43,400 nt of DNA from an uncultured Clostridia bacterium (GCA_947626235.1 CANQRI010000113.1:1-43400), one strand, 5' to 3'; positions 16,995-25,555 are shown, counted from the stretch's first letter. Made by a program: numbers and translations. Notes: generated from the sequence alone by a model not told the origin.

Positions 16995-17173
16995 TTTGTA
17001 GAGGGCCGGGCCTTTATTTTAATTAATTTGGATTTTCACTATAGAAATAATTATTAATGAAAAAACTTTCATGATAATAATTCTTTTATAGGAATGAGGA
17101 GTGTGATTATACTTTGGGGGATACTAAAGTATTATTGAAATTTTTTCTTTTGTTGGGGTAGCCCTCTACAAAA
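16995..17173. repeat. 179-bp element bounded by perfect 13-bp inverted repeats (TTTTGTAGAGGGC / GCCCTCTACAAAA); MITE-like or a structured RNA
   Basis: The inverted repeats are at 16995-17007 and 17161-17173. The ends are GC-rich (GTAGAGGGCCGGGCC) in an otherwise AT-rich spacer, and there is an internal hairpin TACTTT-GGGGGATACT-AAAGTA. Confidence 0.5.
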
Positions 17174-17259
17174 ATAAAAACTATTTAATTATAAATCTTT
17201 TTAGATTTATTTTTGAATTGATTTTCTTTTTTAATTTTATTCATTTTAGCTTGGTATTT

Positions 17260-17385
17260 TCATTCTTTTATAATTCTTTTATAATTTTTTTGATATTTTT
17301 TTAGAATTCTTTGTGCAATAATTATTTCTAAAATTTTTCTTACTAAAAAATATATTGAATAAAATAATAATATTTGAATTAACAT
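17260..17385 (-). CDS. Possible 41-aa small membrane protein (below the ORF-track cutoff)
   Basis: AAGGAG lies 7 nt before the ATG. The product is MLIQILLFYSIYFLVRKILEIIIAQRILKKYQKNYKRIIKE, one TM helix plus a basic tail. It lies 70 nt downstream of spmB on the same strand. Confidence 0.3.
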   Translation of the reverse strand: MLIQILLFYSIYFLVRKILEIIIAQRILKKYQKNYKRIIKE

Positions 17386-17455
17386 TTTACTGCTCCTTGA
17401 ATCAATTTCGTTGTATACATAATAACACTATTTCTTATTATTGTCAACAAAAAAA

Positions 17456-17983
17456 TTACGACAAAAATCCCCATAATACAACAGAAAACGCCATTCCAAC
17501 AAAATCAGCTATCAATGCGGCTGCTAAAACAAATCTTATTTTCTTTACACCCACACAACTTGTATAAATTGCTATTGTATAAAAAGTAGTTTCTGTTGAA
17601 CCCATAATTGTTGATGCAATCAATCCTATTTTTGAATCTACGCCAAAAGTAGTCATTATGTCAGTTGCAACTGCTGTCGAAGCGCTTCCTGAAATTGGTC
17701 TTACTAATGCAAGTGGCATTATTTCTGATGGTATTCCAAAAAAATTAGTAATAGGTGATATTGCTTTTATTATTAAATCCAATATTCCTGAACTTCTTAT
17801 TGCCCCTACTGCTAAAAATATTCCTATTAATGTAGGAAATATTTTTAAAACAATTCCAATCCCTTCTGTAGCTCCTTCTACAAAATTATCAAATACTTTA
17901 TTTTTTTCTATTACGCCATATATAACAATAAGTAATATAATTACTGGTATTGCAGCTGAAGAAATATAATTTATTATACTCAT
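17456..17983 (-). CDS. spmB: Spore maturation protein B
   Basis: 175-aa polytopic membrane protein of the nucleoside-recognition/SpmB family. It overlaps the spmA stop by 4 nt. Confidence 0.85.
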   Translation of the reverse strand: MSIINYISSAAIPVIILLIVIYGVIEKNKVFDNFVEGATEGIGIVLKIFPTLIGIFLAVGAIRSSGILDLIIKAISPITNFFGIPSEIMPLALVRPISGSASTAVATDIMTTFGVDSKIGLIASTIMGSTETTFYTIAIYTSCVGVKKIRFVLAAALIADFVGMAFSVVLWGFLS

Positions 17984-18564
17984 TTTTTATTTTCCTTTTT
18001 TATAAATATTTTTGTCGCTGTTATTCCAGCAATTGCTGCAGCTATAGTTGCTCCCCAAACAGGTAATATTATTTGTGTTGGATTTTGAGAGTTTAATGAT
18101 GCTCTTATTGCAATTACCGTTGTTGGTATTAGCTGTAATGAAGCTGTATTTAATACTATAAACATAGCCATTGAATTTGAAATCGTATCTTTTTTAGGGT
18201 TTTCTTCTTGCATTGTTTTCATAGCTTTTAATCCTAAAGGTGTTGCTGCATTTCCTAATCCTAGTATATTTGCAATAATATTCATTGAAATTTCTTCTTT
18301 AGCTTTCTCATTTTTTTTCATTTCTGGAAATAAAAAATTAATTATTGGTCTTAATTTTTTTGTTAATTTTGAAATTATCGTTGTATTTTGAGCTATTTTC
18401 ATGATTCCATTCCAAAGACAAATTGTTCCTAAAAAAGTTATTGACAATTCCACTGCATTTGATGTAGAATTAAAAACTGAATTGTTTATTTGTTCTACAT
18501 TTCCATTAAATATTGCATATATATATGAGATAATAATAAAAATAGGCCAAATTTTATTTAACAT
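17980..18564 (-). CDS. spmA: Spore maturation protein A
   Basis: 194-aa membrane protein with the SpmA-type motifs NIIANILGLGNAATPLG. It forms an operon with spmB. Confidence 0.85.
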   Translation of the reverse strand: MLNKIWPIFIIISYIYAIFNGNVEQINNSVFNSTSNAVELSITFLGTICLWNGIMKIAQNTTIISKLTKKLRPIINFLFPEMKKNEKAKEEISMNIIANILGLGNAATPLGLKAMKTMQEENPKKDTISNSMAMFIVLNTASLQLIPTTVIAIRASLNSQNPTQIILPVWGATIAAAIAGITATKIFIKKENKK

Positions 18565-18753
18565 AATGTTTCCTTTTAAATAATTTTATATATAATTATA
18601 AATTTGTAATTAATTGTCTTTTTTTACGCATAATAATTATATATTTATAAATTGAATTTTATATTTATACATTCTATTCTTGTATACTTTTTTTATGATT
18701 ATTTTGTTATGTTTTATAAAATTCTTATTGCCTTTTTATCTTTTATATGTTAT

Positions 18754-18787
18754 TATAATATTAAATATTTTGTCGAAAAATGACGAA
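18754..18787 (+). promoter_or_regulatory. abrB promoter -10 element plus two downstream Spo0A boxes
   Basis: TATAAT at 18754-18759. TGTCGAA (18771-18777) and TGACGAA (18781-18787) lie 10 bp apart between the promoter and the SD, the arrangement known for Spo0A repression of abrB. Confidence 0.6.
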
Positions 18788-18803
18788 TTGAAGGAGGGAT
18801 ATA

Positions 18804-19064
18804 ATGAAGTCAACTGGTATTGTTAGAAAAGTAGATGAATTAGGTAGAGTTGTTATTCCTATAGAAATAAGAAATCAATTTGATATAGCAGAAAAAGATC
18901 CAATAGAAATATATGTAGACGGTTCCTCTATCATTTTAAGAAAATATGAAAAAGCTTGTTTATTCTGTAATAATACAAAAAAATTAGTAGATTTTAGAGG
19001 AAAGTTGATTTGTAATAAATGTTTAAAACAATTAGCAGAATTAGATGATTCAAATGAACAATAA
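18804..19064 (+). CDS. abrB: Transition-state regulator AbrB (SpoVT/AbrB domain) with a C-terminal Cys4 motif
   Basis: The N-terminus MKSTGIVRKVDELGRVVIPIEIR is the canonical AbrB swapped-hairpin domain. The C-terminus carries CLFC...CNKC. Confidence 0.92.
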   Translation: MKSTGIVRKVDELGRVVIPIEIRNQFDIAEKDPIEIYVDGSSIILRKYEKACLFCNNTKKLVDFRGKLICNKCLKQLAELDDSNEQ

Positions 19065-19077
19065 AAATAACGATTTT

Positions 19078-19836
19078 TTAATCGTTATTTTTATTGTATA
19101 TTTTTAAAATTTCGTCTGTATATGTTCCATCTTTATTATATATAAATAAAGGCTTTTCCACTTTTAAAAATTTATTTGCATTTTTTATTGCCTTAATTAA
19201 AACTAATTTAGGTTCTGCTTCTATGTTTGAATATACAAGCCTTATAATTTTGGGTTCTAATTTATTTTCTCTTAATTCACATATTATATCAGCCAATCTT
19301 TCTGGTCTATGTACCATATATAAACAACCTTTATCTTTTAACATATCAAAACTTACATTTAAAAAATCCGATAAATTTGCAGATATTTCATGCCTTGATA
19401 TTAATTTTTTTTCATTTTCATTTATTTTTCCAGAATTTATTTTTTTGTATGGTGGATTCGTTACTATTGCATCAAAAGTATTTTTTTGAAAAATATTTTT
19501 TAAATTTTTTATATTTTCATTTAATATTTCTACTTTTTCTTGTAAATCATTTAATTTTACACTTCTGCTTGCCATATCTGCTACTTCTTCTTGTATCTCT
19601 ACTCCATAAATTTTTTTTAATTTTGTTTTTTTAGATAATAAAATACTTAATATTCCTGTACCTGTTCCTAAATCTAATACTAAAGATTCATTTTTTATTT
19701 CTTTTGAAAAATCTGAAAGTAATACACTATCTATTCCAAAACAAAATCCATTTTTATCTTGTATTATTTTTAATCCTTTATATTCCAAATCATCAATTCT
19801 TTCATTTTCTTTTATTTTTACTTCCATATAACCCAA
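19078..19836 (-). CDS. tRNA (adenine-N6)-methyltransferase-like SAM-dependent methyltransferase (YabB/TrmN6 family)
   Basis: SAM motif LDLGTGTGIL and catalytic NPPY. It neighbours abrB and rsmI, as yabB does in Bacillus. Confidence 0.8.
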   Translation of the reverse strand: MGYMEVKIKENERIDDLEYKGLKIIQDKNGFCFGIDSVLLSDFSKEIKNESLVLDLGTGTGILSILLSKKTKLKKIYGVEIQEEVADMASRSVKLNDLQEKVEILNENIKNLKNIFQKNTFDAIVTNPPYKKINSGKINENEKKLISRHEISANLSDFLNVSFDMLKDKGCLYMVHRPERLADIICELRENKLEPKIIRLVYSNIEAEPKLVLIKAIKNANKFLKVEKPLFIYNKDGTYTDEILKIYNKNND

Positions 19837-19915
19837 CTCCTATTTTTTATTAATTATATTTATTATTTATTTTCATATTTTTATAAATTAATTTTATTTA
19901 TTCTTGCTTGCTTTT

Positions 19916-19944
19916 TTGTCAATTATATTTTGTCTTTTTATAAT
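19916..19944 (+). promoter_or_regulatory. Promoter-like element of array module A1 (TTGTCA-17-TATAAT)
   Basis: Hexamers with an exact 17-nt spacer, conserved in position in all four A modules. Confidence 0.3.
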
Positions 19945-21023
19945 TTTTTCTTTACTTATAGATATTTTTATCATTTTCTTATATTTATGTATACTTTTAT
20001 AATATTTTTTCATTTTTCTTCTTTTTTAGAGATTCCGCATACTTAACAAGAAATTTTTTGTATTTTTTTATCTTTTTTTGCGTATTTTTAAATTTTTATT
20101 AAAATTTTTTATTACTTTCATATTTATATAATATTTGTCTTTTTGAATATATCTGCTTTTTAAATTATTATTTTTAATAATAATTATTTTTATAATTAAT
20201 TATATATTTTTTTATTTTTTAATAATTTTATAACTAAATTTTATTTTTAAATATTTTTAATTTATTTAATTTTTTATTCTTCTTTTTTATATTATTTTTT
20301 ATAATATTTTTTATTAATTGTTTTTTATAATTTTTATTAATCATTTTTTTATAATTTTTTACTAATTTATTTTTTTAATTTCTTATAAATAATTTTTTAT
20401 TAATTAATTATTTATAAATTTTTAATAATTTATTTTTTATAATTCACTATAAATAATTTTTTATTTATAAATTTTTATTACTTTCTTTTTATAATTTTTT
20501 TATTAATATTTTGATTAAATATTTTTGGTTGTTTTTAATTTATTTTTTATTTTAATTTATTATTTTTAATTTAATATAATATATTTTTGATTTATTTTAT
20601 ACGTTTTTATTTTGTTGTTATTTTGACAATACAGTTTTATTTTTCTTTTCTGTTACAATTTTTTTGTCTTTGCATTTTTCATATTTTTAGATTTTTTTGT
20701 TATGTATACTTGTGTTTTATAGAATATCTAATTTCCTTTTTTGCTTATTCCCCAATACTTTTTTCAAAATGTTAATATTTCTTTTGTGTAAGATTTATAT
20801 TCTTTTTTGGTATTTTTCCATTTTCTTTTTATATTTTTTAGTGTTTTTTATTGCTTTTTTGACTATTTATTTTCTATTTCTATTTAATTTTTTTATTTAT
20901 TTTCTTGATTCAAAAAATATTTTTTTATTTTATAAATTTTTTTTATTCATTGATATTAAGCCTTTTTCCATATTTATCTTAATATTTTATATATTTAATT
21001 ATATTTATTTGTTGTTTGTTATA

Positions 21024-21052
21024 TTGACAATTATTTTTTGTCTTTTTATACA
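21024..21052 (+). promoter_or_regulatory. Promoter-like element of array module A2 (TTGACA-17-TATACA)
   Basis: Hexamers with an exact 17-nt spacer, conserved in position in all four A modules. Confidence 0.3.
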
Positions 21053-22130
21053 TTTTATCTTATTTATAGATATTTTTATCATCTTTTGGTGTTTATGTAT
21101 ACTTTTATGGGTTATTTCTGTTTTTCTTCTTCTTTAGAGATTCCCCATACTTTATATTAATTTTTTTGTCTTTTTTTATCTTTTTCCATGCATTATTAAA
21201 AATTTATCAAAAATTTTAATACTCAATTGTATGTATAATATTTGTCTTTTTGTGTATGTTGATTTTTTATTATTATTTTTTATAATATTTTACCTTTATA
21301 TTTAATTAATTATTCTTTAATTATTTAATAATTTTATAATTAATTTTTATTTTTAATTATTTATAATTCATTTTCTATTTATTTTTTTCATATTTTTTTA
21401 TCAATATTTTTATTAATTTTTTTAATTTTTTTTATTTTTTTTATTTATCTTTTTCATATTATTTTTTATTAATTGTTTTTTATTCATATTAATTATTTTT
21501 AATTTTTTATTTTTATAAATTTTTACTAATTGTTGTTTAAAATTTTTTAATTTATCTTTTTTTAATTTTTACTAATTATTTTTTTATAACTTTTTATTAA
21601 TTTATTTTTTATAATTTTTTTATCAATATTTTAATTAATTATTTTTTTCATTTTTTATTTTAATTTATTATTTTTTTATTTAATATAATATATTTTTGAT
21701 TTATTTTATATGTTTTTATTTCGTTGCTATTTTGACAAAATAGCTTTGTTTTTCATTTTTGTTACAATTTTTTTTTGCTTTGTACTTTTTATATTTTAAT
21801 GTTTTTTTGTTATGTATACTTGTGTTTTGGAGAATATTTACTTTTATTTTTTGCTTATTCCCCAATACTTTTTTCAAAATACTAATTTTTTTCTAGTTCA
21901 AAGTTAGATTCTTTTTGGTTATTATTCTATTTTATTTTTATATTTTTAGTTTTTTTTATTGCTTTTTTGACTATTTATTTTTCATTTTTATTTAATTTTT
22001 TTATTTATTTTCTTAATTTAAAAAAATATTTTTTTATTTCATAAATTTTTTTATTCATTGATATTAAGCCTTTTTCCATATTCATCTTAATATTTTGAAT
22101 ATTTAACTATATTTTTTATTGTTTGTTATT

Positions 22131-22159
22131 TTGACAATTGTTTTTTGCCTTTTTATGCT
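22131..22159 (+). promoter_or_regulatory. Promoter-like element of array module A3 (TTGACA-17-TATGCT)
   Basis: Hexamers with an exact 17-nt spacer, conserved in position in all four A modules. Confidence 0.3.
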
Positions 22160-23217
22160 TTTTACCTTATTAATATATATTTTTATCATCATTATGCGTT
22201 TATGTATACTTTTATAAGTTATTTCTATTTTTCTTCTTTTTTAGAGATTCCCCATACTTTATATTAATTTTTTTGTCTTTTTTTATCATTTTTCACGCAA
22301 TATTAAAATTTTATCAAAAATTTTAATATTGAATTGTCTGTATGATATTTGTCTTTTTGTGTATATTGATTTTTTATTATCCTTTTTACAATATTTTTCT
22401 TTTATATTTAATTTAATTATTTTTTATTATTAATAATTTTATAACTGATTTTTATCTATTAATTATTTTTAATTTTTTTTTTATCTATCTTTTATTTATT
22501 TTTTTATATTATTTTTTATTAATTTTTTTTATTCATATTAATTATTTTTAATTTTTTATTTTTATAAATTTTTATTAATTGTTGTTTAAAATTTTTTAAT
22601 TTATTTTTTTAATTTTTACTAATTATTTTTTATTAATTTTTTTATCAACTATTTTTTTATTAATTATTTTTATAACTTTTTATTAATTTATTTTTTATAA
22701 TTTTTTTATCAATATTTTAATTAATTATTTTTTTCATTTTTTATTTTAATTTATTATTTTTTTATTTAATATAATATATTTTTGATTTATTTTATATGTT
22801 TTTATTTCGTTGCTATTTTGACAAAATAGCTTTGTTTTTCATTTTTGTTACAATTTTTTTTGCTTTGTACTTTTTATATTTTAATATCTTTTTGTTATGT
22901 ACACTTGTACTTTGCAAAATATTTACTTTTATTTTTTGCTTATTCCCCAATACTTTTTTCAAAATATTAATATTTCTTTGGTGTAAGGTTCATATTCCTT
23001 TTTGTTATTTTTCCATTTTCTTTTTGTATTTTTTAGTGTTTTTTATTGCTTTTTTGACTATTTATTTTCTATTTTTATTTATTTTTTTTATTTATTTTTT
23101 TAATTCAAAAAATATTTTTTTATTTTATAAAATTTTTTATTCATTGATATTAAGCCTTTTTGCATATTCATCTTAATTTTTTAAATACTTAATTATATTT
23201 ATTTACTGCTTGTTATT

Positions 23218-23246
23218 TTGACAATTATTTTTTGTTCTTCTATGCA
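23218..23246 (+). promoter_or_regulatory. Promoter-like element of array module A4 (TTGACA-17-TATGCA)
   Basis: Hexamers with an exact 17-nt spacer, conserved in position in all four A modules. Confidence 0.3.
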
Positions 23247-23779
23247 TTTTATCTTATTTTTATATATTTTTATTATCTTTTTGTGTTTATGTATACTTTT
23301 ATGGGTTATTTCCGTTTTTCTTCTTTTTTAGAGATTCCCCATACTTTATATTAATTTTTTTGTCTTTTTTTATCATTTTTCACATAATATTAAAATTTTA
23401 TCAAAAATTTTAATATTGAATTGTCCTCATAATATTTGTCTTTTTGTGTATGTCGGTTTTTTATTATTATTTTTTACAATATTTTACCTTTATATTTAAT
23501 TAATTATTTTTTTATTATTTAATAATTTTATAATTAATTTTTATTTTTAATTATTTATAATTCATTTTCTATTTATTTTTTTCATATTTTTTATCAATAT
23601 TTTTATTAATTATTTTTAATTTTTTTATTTATCTTTTTCATATTATTTTTTATTAATATTTTTTTATTATTTATTTTTAATTTTTTATTAATTATTTTTA
23701 TATTAATTTTTTTATTATTTATTAATTAATTATTTTATTAATATTTTTTATTAATTAATTAAATATTATTTATTACCAT

Positions 23780-24613
23780 TTATTTATTTTTTATAAAATA
23801 TTTATATATTTCATTTTTATTTACATTTTTATCTTTTGCAATTTTTTTAATTATTTCATTTTTTATTAAACCTTGTTTTTCATAATATTTATAATGTTCT
23901 TCCAATGACATATTATTTAAAATATTTTTTTCATTATTTTCTTGTGATTTATTTCCTTCTATTAAAATAATATGTTCTCCTTTTGGTTCATTATATTTTT
24001 CTAAAATTTCTGAAGCTGTACCACTTATAAATTCTTCATGTATTTTTGTTAATTCTCTGGCTATTACTATTTTTCTATTTTCAAATATTTCTTCAATCAA
24101 TTTTAATGTATCTAATAATTTATGTGGTGCTTCATATATTATTGATGTTTTTTTCTCTTTTTTTATTTCTTCTAATTTCTCTTTTTTTAATTTTTTATTT
24201 GTAGATAAAAATCCATAAAATGCAAATTCTTTTGCATCTAACCCTGAAGCTATTAATGCATTTATTAATGCACATGCACCTGGTATTGGAATTATTTTTA
24301 TATTTTCCTTTAATGCTTCTTTTACTACTTCTTCCCCTGGATCAGAAATTACAGGAGTACCTGCATCTGAAACTAATGCAATATTTTCTCCTTTTTTTAA
24401 TTTTTCTATTATTATATCTGATTTTACTTCTTCATTATGCCTATGATAACTAATTAATGGTTTTGATATATTTAAATGATTTAATAATTTTAATGTATGT
24501 CTTGTATCTTCTGCAGCAATTAAATCTACTTCTTTTAAAATATTTATTGCTCTTAATGTTATATCTTCTAAATTTCCTATTGGTGTTGCAACCAAATATA
24601 ATATTCCATTCAT
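23780..24613 (-). CDS. rsmI: 16S rRNA (cytidine1402-2'-O)-methyltransferase
   Basis: The N-terminus LYLVATPIGNLEDITLRA and the tetrapyrrole-methylase fold are typical of RsmI. 277 aa. Confidence 0.9.
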   Translation of the reverse strand: MNGILYLVATPIGNLEDITLRAINILKEVDLIAAEDTRHTLKLLNHLNISKPLISYHRHNEEVKSDIIIEKLKKGENIALVSDAGTPVISDPGEEVVKEALKENIKIIPIPGACALINALIASGLDAKEFAFYGFLSTNKKLKKEKLEEIKKEKKTSIIYEAPHKLLDTLKLIEEIFENRKIVIARELTKIHEEFISGTASEILEKYNEPKGEHIILIEGNKSQENNEKNILNNMSLEEHYKYYEKQGLIKNEIIKKIAKDKNVNKNEIYKYFIKNK

Positions 24614-24888
24614 ATTTTTTTCGTCCCTTCTTTTATTTTTCTTATTATATAATATTTTTTTGTTTTTTTAAATAACTATTTATATTATTCTTTCATATTA
24701 TATATAAAATAAATTCAAAGGATTTTAATTATGAATATTAAAGGTTATAAAAATAATAAAATAAATTTTAAAAAAAATTGTATAAATAATAATTCCTATT
24801 TACATTCATTATTTGAAGTAGAGAATTTTTTGTGTAATTTTAAAAAAGTATTAAAATGTATTAATATTTATAAAATTTTTAAATAATA

Positions 24889-25383
24889 TTAATTCATTTT
24901 TTCGTCATTTACTCGTATGTCTACTGCATTTATTTCTGTTAGTTGAGTAATTGTTTTTTCTATTGAATTATTTACCATCTTTTTTTGTTCTTCTGTCATT
25001 TCTTTTATTTTATTAAATTCTTCTGAAAAATTAATTATTAAATTTTCTCCCTTTTTTTCGATCTTTTCAATTTTCGTTCCTTCTGGAATTATTTTTTGTA
25101 AATTACTATTTTTTGGTCCTTCTAATAACATATTAAGTATTTCTTCATAAGGATTTTCCATCAATTTTTTTACATCTATTAGTCTTGCTTCTGGAACAAC
25201 GTCATTTTCATTTTTAAAATAAAGCGTTACCATTGTTTGTCTCATTTGCTCTTCTGATATTTCTTCTTGAGGTGTGTATTCTGTTATTTCCTCTTCTTCT
25301 TTATTGCTTGATAAATAAAAAATTCCAAAAATTACACCTATTATTAATAAAATTATGATCATCACAGTAATTATTCTTTTCAT
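24889..25383 (-). CDS. GerMN-domain (GerM-like) sporulation/germination protein, membrane anchored
   Basis: N-terminal TM helix followed by the TLYF...LLEGP...IPEGT motifs characteristic of GerMN domains. Confidence 0.7.
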   Translation of the reverse strand: MKRIITVMIIILLIIGVIFGIFYLSSNKEEEEITEYTPQEEISEEQMRQTMVTLYFKNENDVVPEARLIDVKKLMENPYEEILNMLLEGPKNSNLQKIIPEGTKIEKIEKKGENLIINFSEEFNKIKEMTEEQKKMVNNSIEKTITQLTEINAVDIRVNDEKMN

Positions 25384-25526
25384 ATATAGCCCTCCGTTTA
25401 CAATATAATTATTTAATTTTTATGTTAGACAAGTTAATTTTAGAACTATATTTTTTTATATTATTTTTTTATGTTATTTGTTTGAATTTTTACCTTTAAT
25501 TACATATATTTTTTATGTCAAAATAT

Positions 25527-25555
25527 TTGACAAAAACGCTATTTCCGTATAAAAT
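25527..25555 (+). promoter_or_regulatory. Sigma-A promoter of the 1438-aa gene (TTGACA-17-TAAAAT)
   Basis: TTGACA at 25527-25532, a 17-nt spacer and TAAAAT at 25550-25555, about 50 nt upstream of the SD/ATG. Confidence 0.5.

Larger units (their letters stand above)
19860..23779. repeat. 3.9-kb non-coding tandem array, about 3.5 units of roughly 1.1 kb, each unit being A module + T-tract block + B module + a 400-bp segment
   Basis: TTG(A/T)CA anchors sit at 19916, 20623, 21024, 21732, 22131, 22818 and 23218. GTATAC (GTACAC in B3) sits at 19989, 20704, 21097, 21814, 22204, 22899 and 23291. ATTCC lies exactly 43 nt after each of these. No SD motifs were seen, and the plus strand is extremely T-rich. 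Confidence 0.9.

Noticed and set aside
16995-17173. The inverted-repeat element as 6S RNA or another named ncRNA.
   Set aside because: I cannot recognise the diagnostic 6S features (central bubble flanked by long helices) or any family-specific motif by eye. Only the terminal helix is certain.
8979-19634. Assorted antisense or overlapping track ORFs: 7787-7984, 8979-9176, 10415-10741, 10602-10784, 11160-11471, 11527-11829, 11568-11783, 11793-12161, 11848-12042, 13423-13605, 14069-14254, 14396-14644, 15643-15879, 17355-17567, 17658-17969, 18401-18583, 19094-19489 and 19377-19634.
   Set aside because: Each lies inside or against a strongly supported gene on the other strand, lacks an SD and gives a low-complexity translation.
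20587-23176. Calling the array ORFs 20587-20775, 20697-21137 and 22796-23176 functional CDSs.
   Set aside because: They are almost pure Phe/Leu/Ile translations of a T-rich strand with no SD. The middle repeat copy has an in-frame stop and frame-shifting indels, so the frame is not conserved across copies. They are retained only as possible pseudogene ancestry (see findings).
19860-23779. The repeat array as a CRISPR locus.
   Set aside because: The units are about 1.1 kb (or roughly 400/700-bp half units) and homologous throughout. There are no short direct repeats with unique spacers, and no cas genes lie nearby.
24731-24886. 51-codon ORF (MNIKGYKNNKINFKKNC...) between rsmI and the GerM-like gene.
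   Set aside because: It is a Lys/Asn-rich low-complexity product of AT-rich DNA with only a weak AAAGGA SD and no recognisable features.
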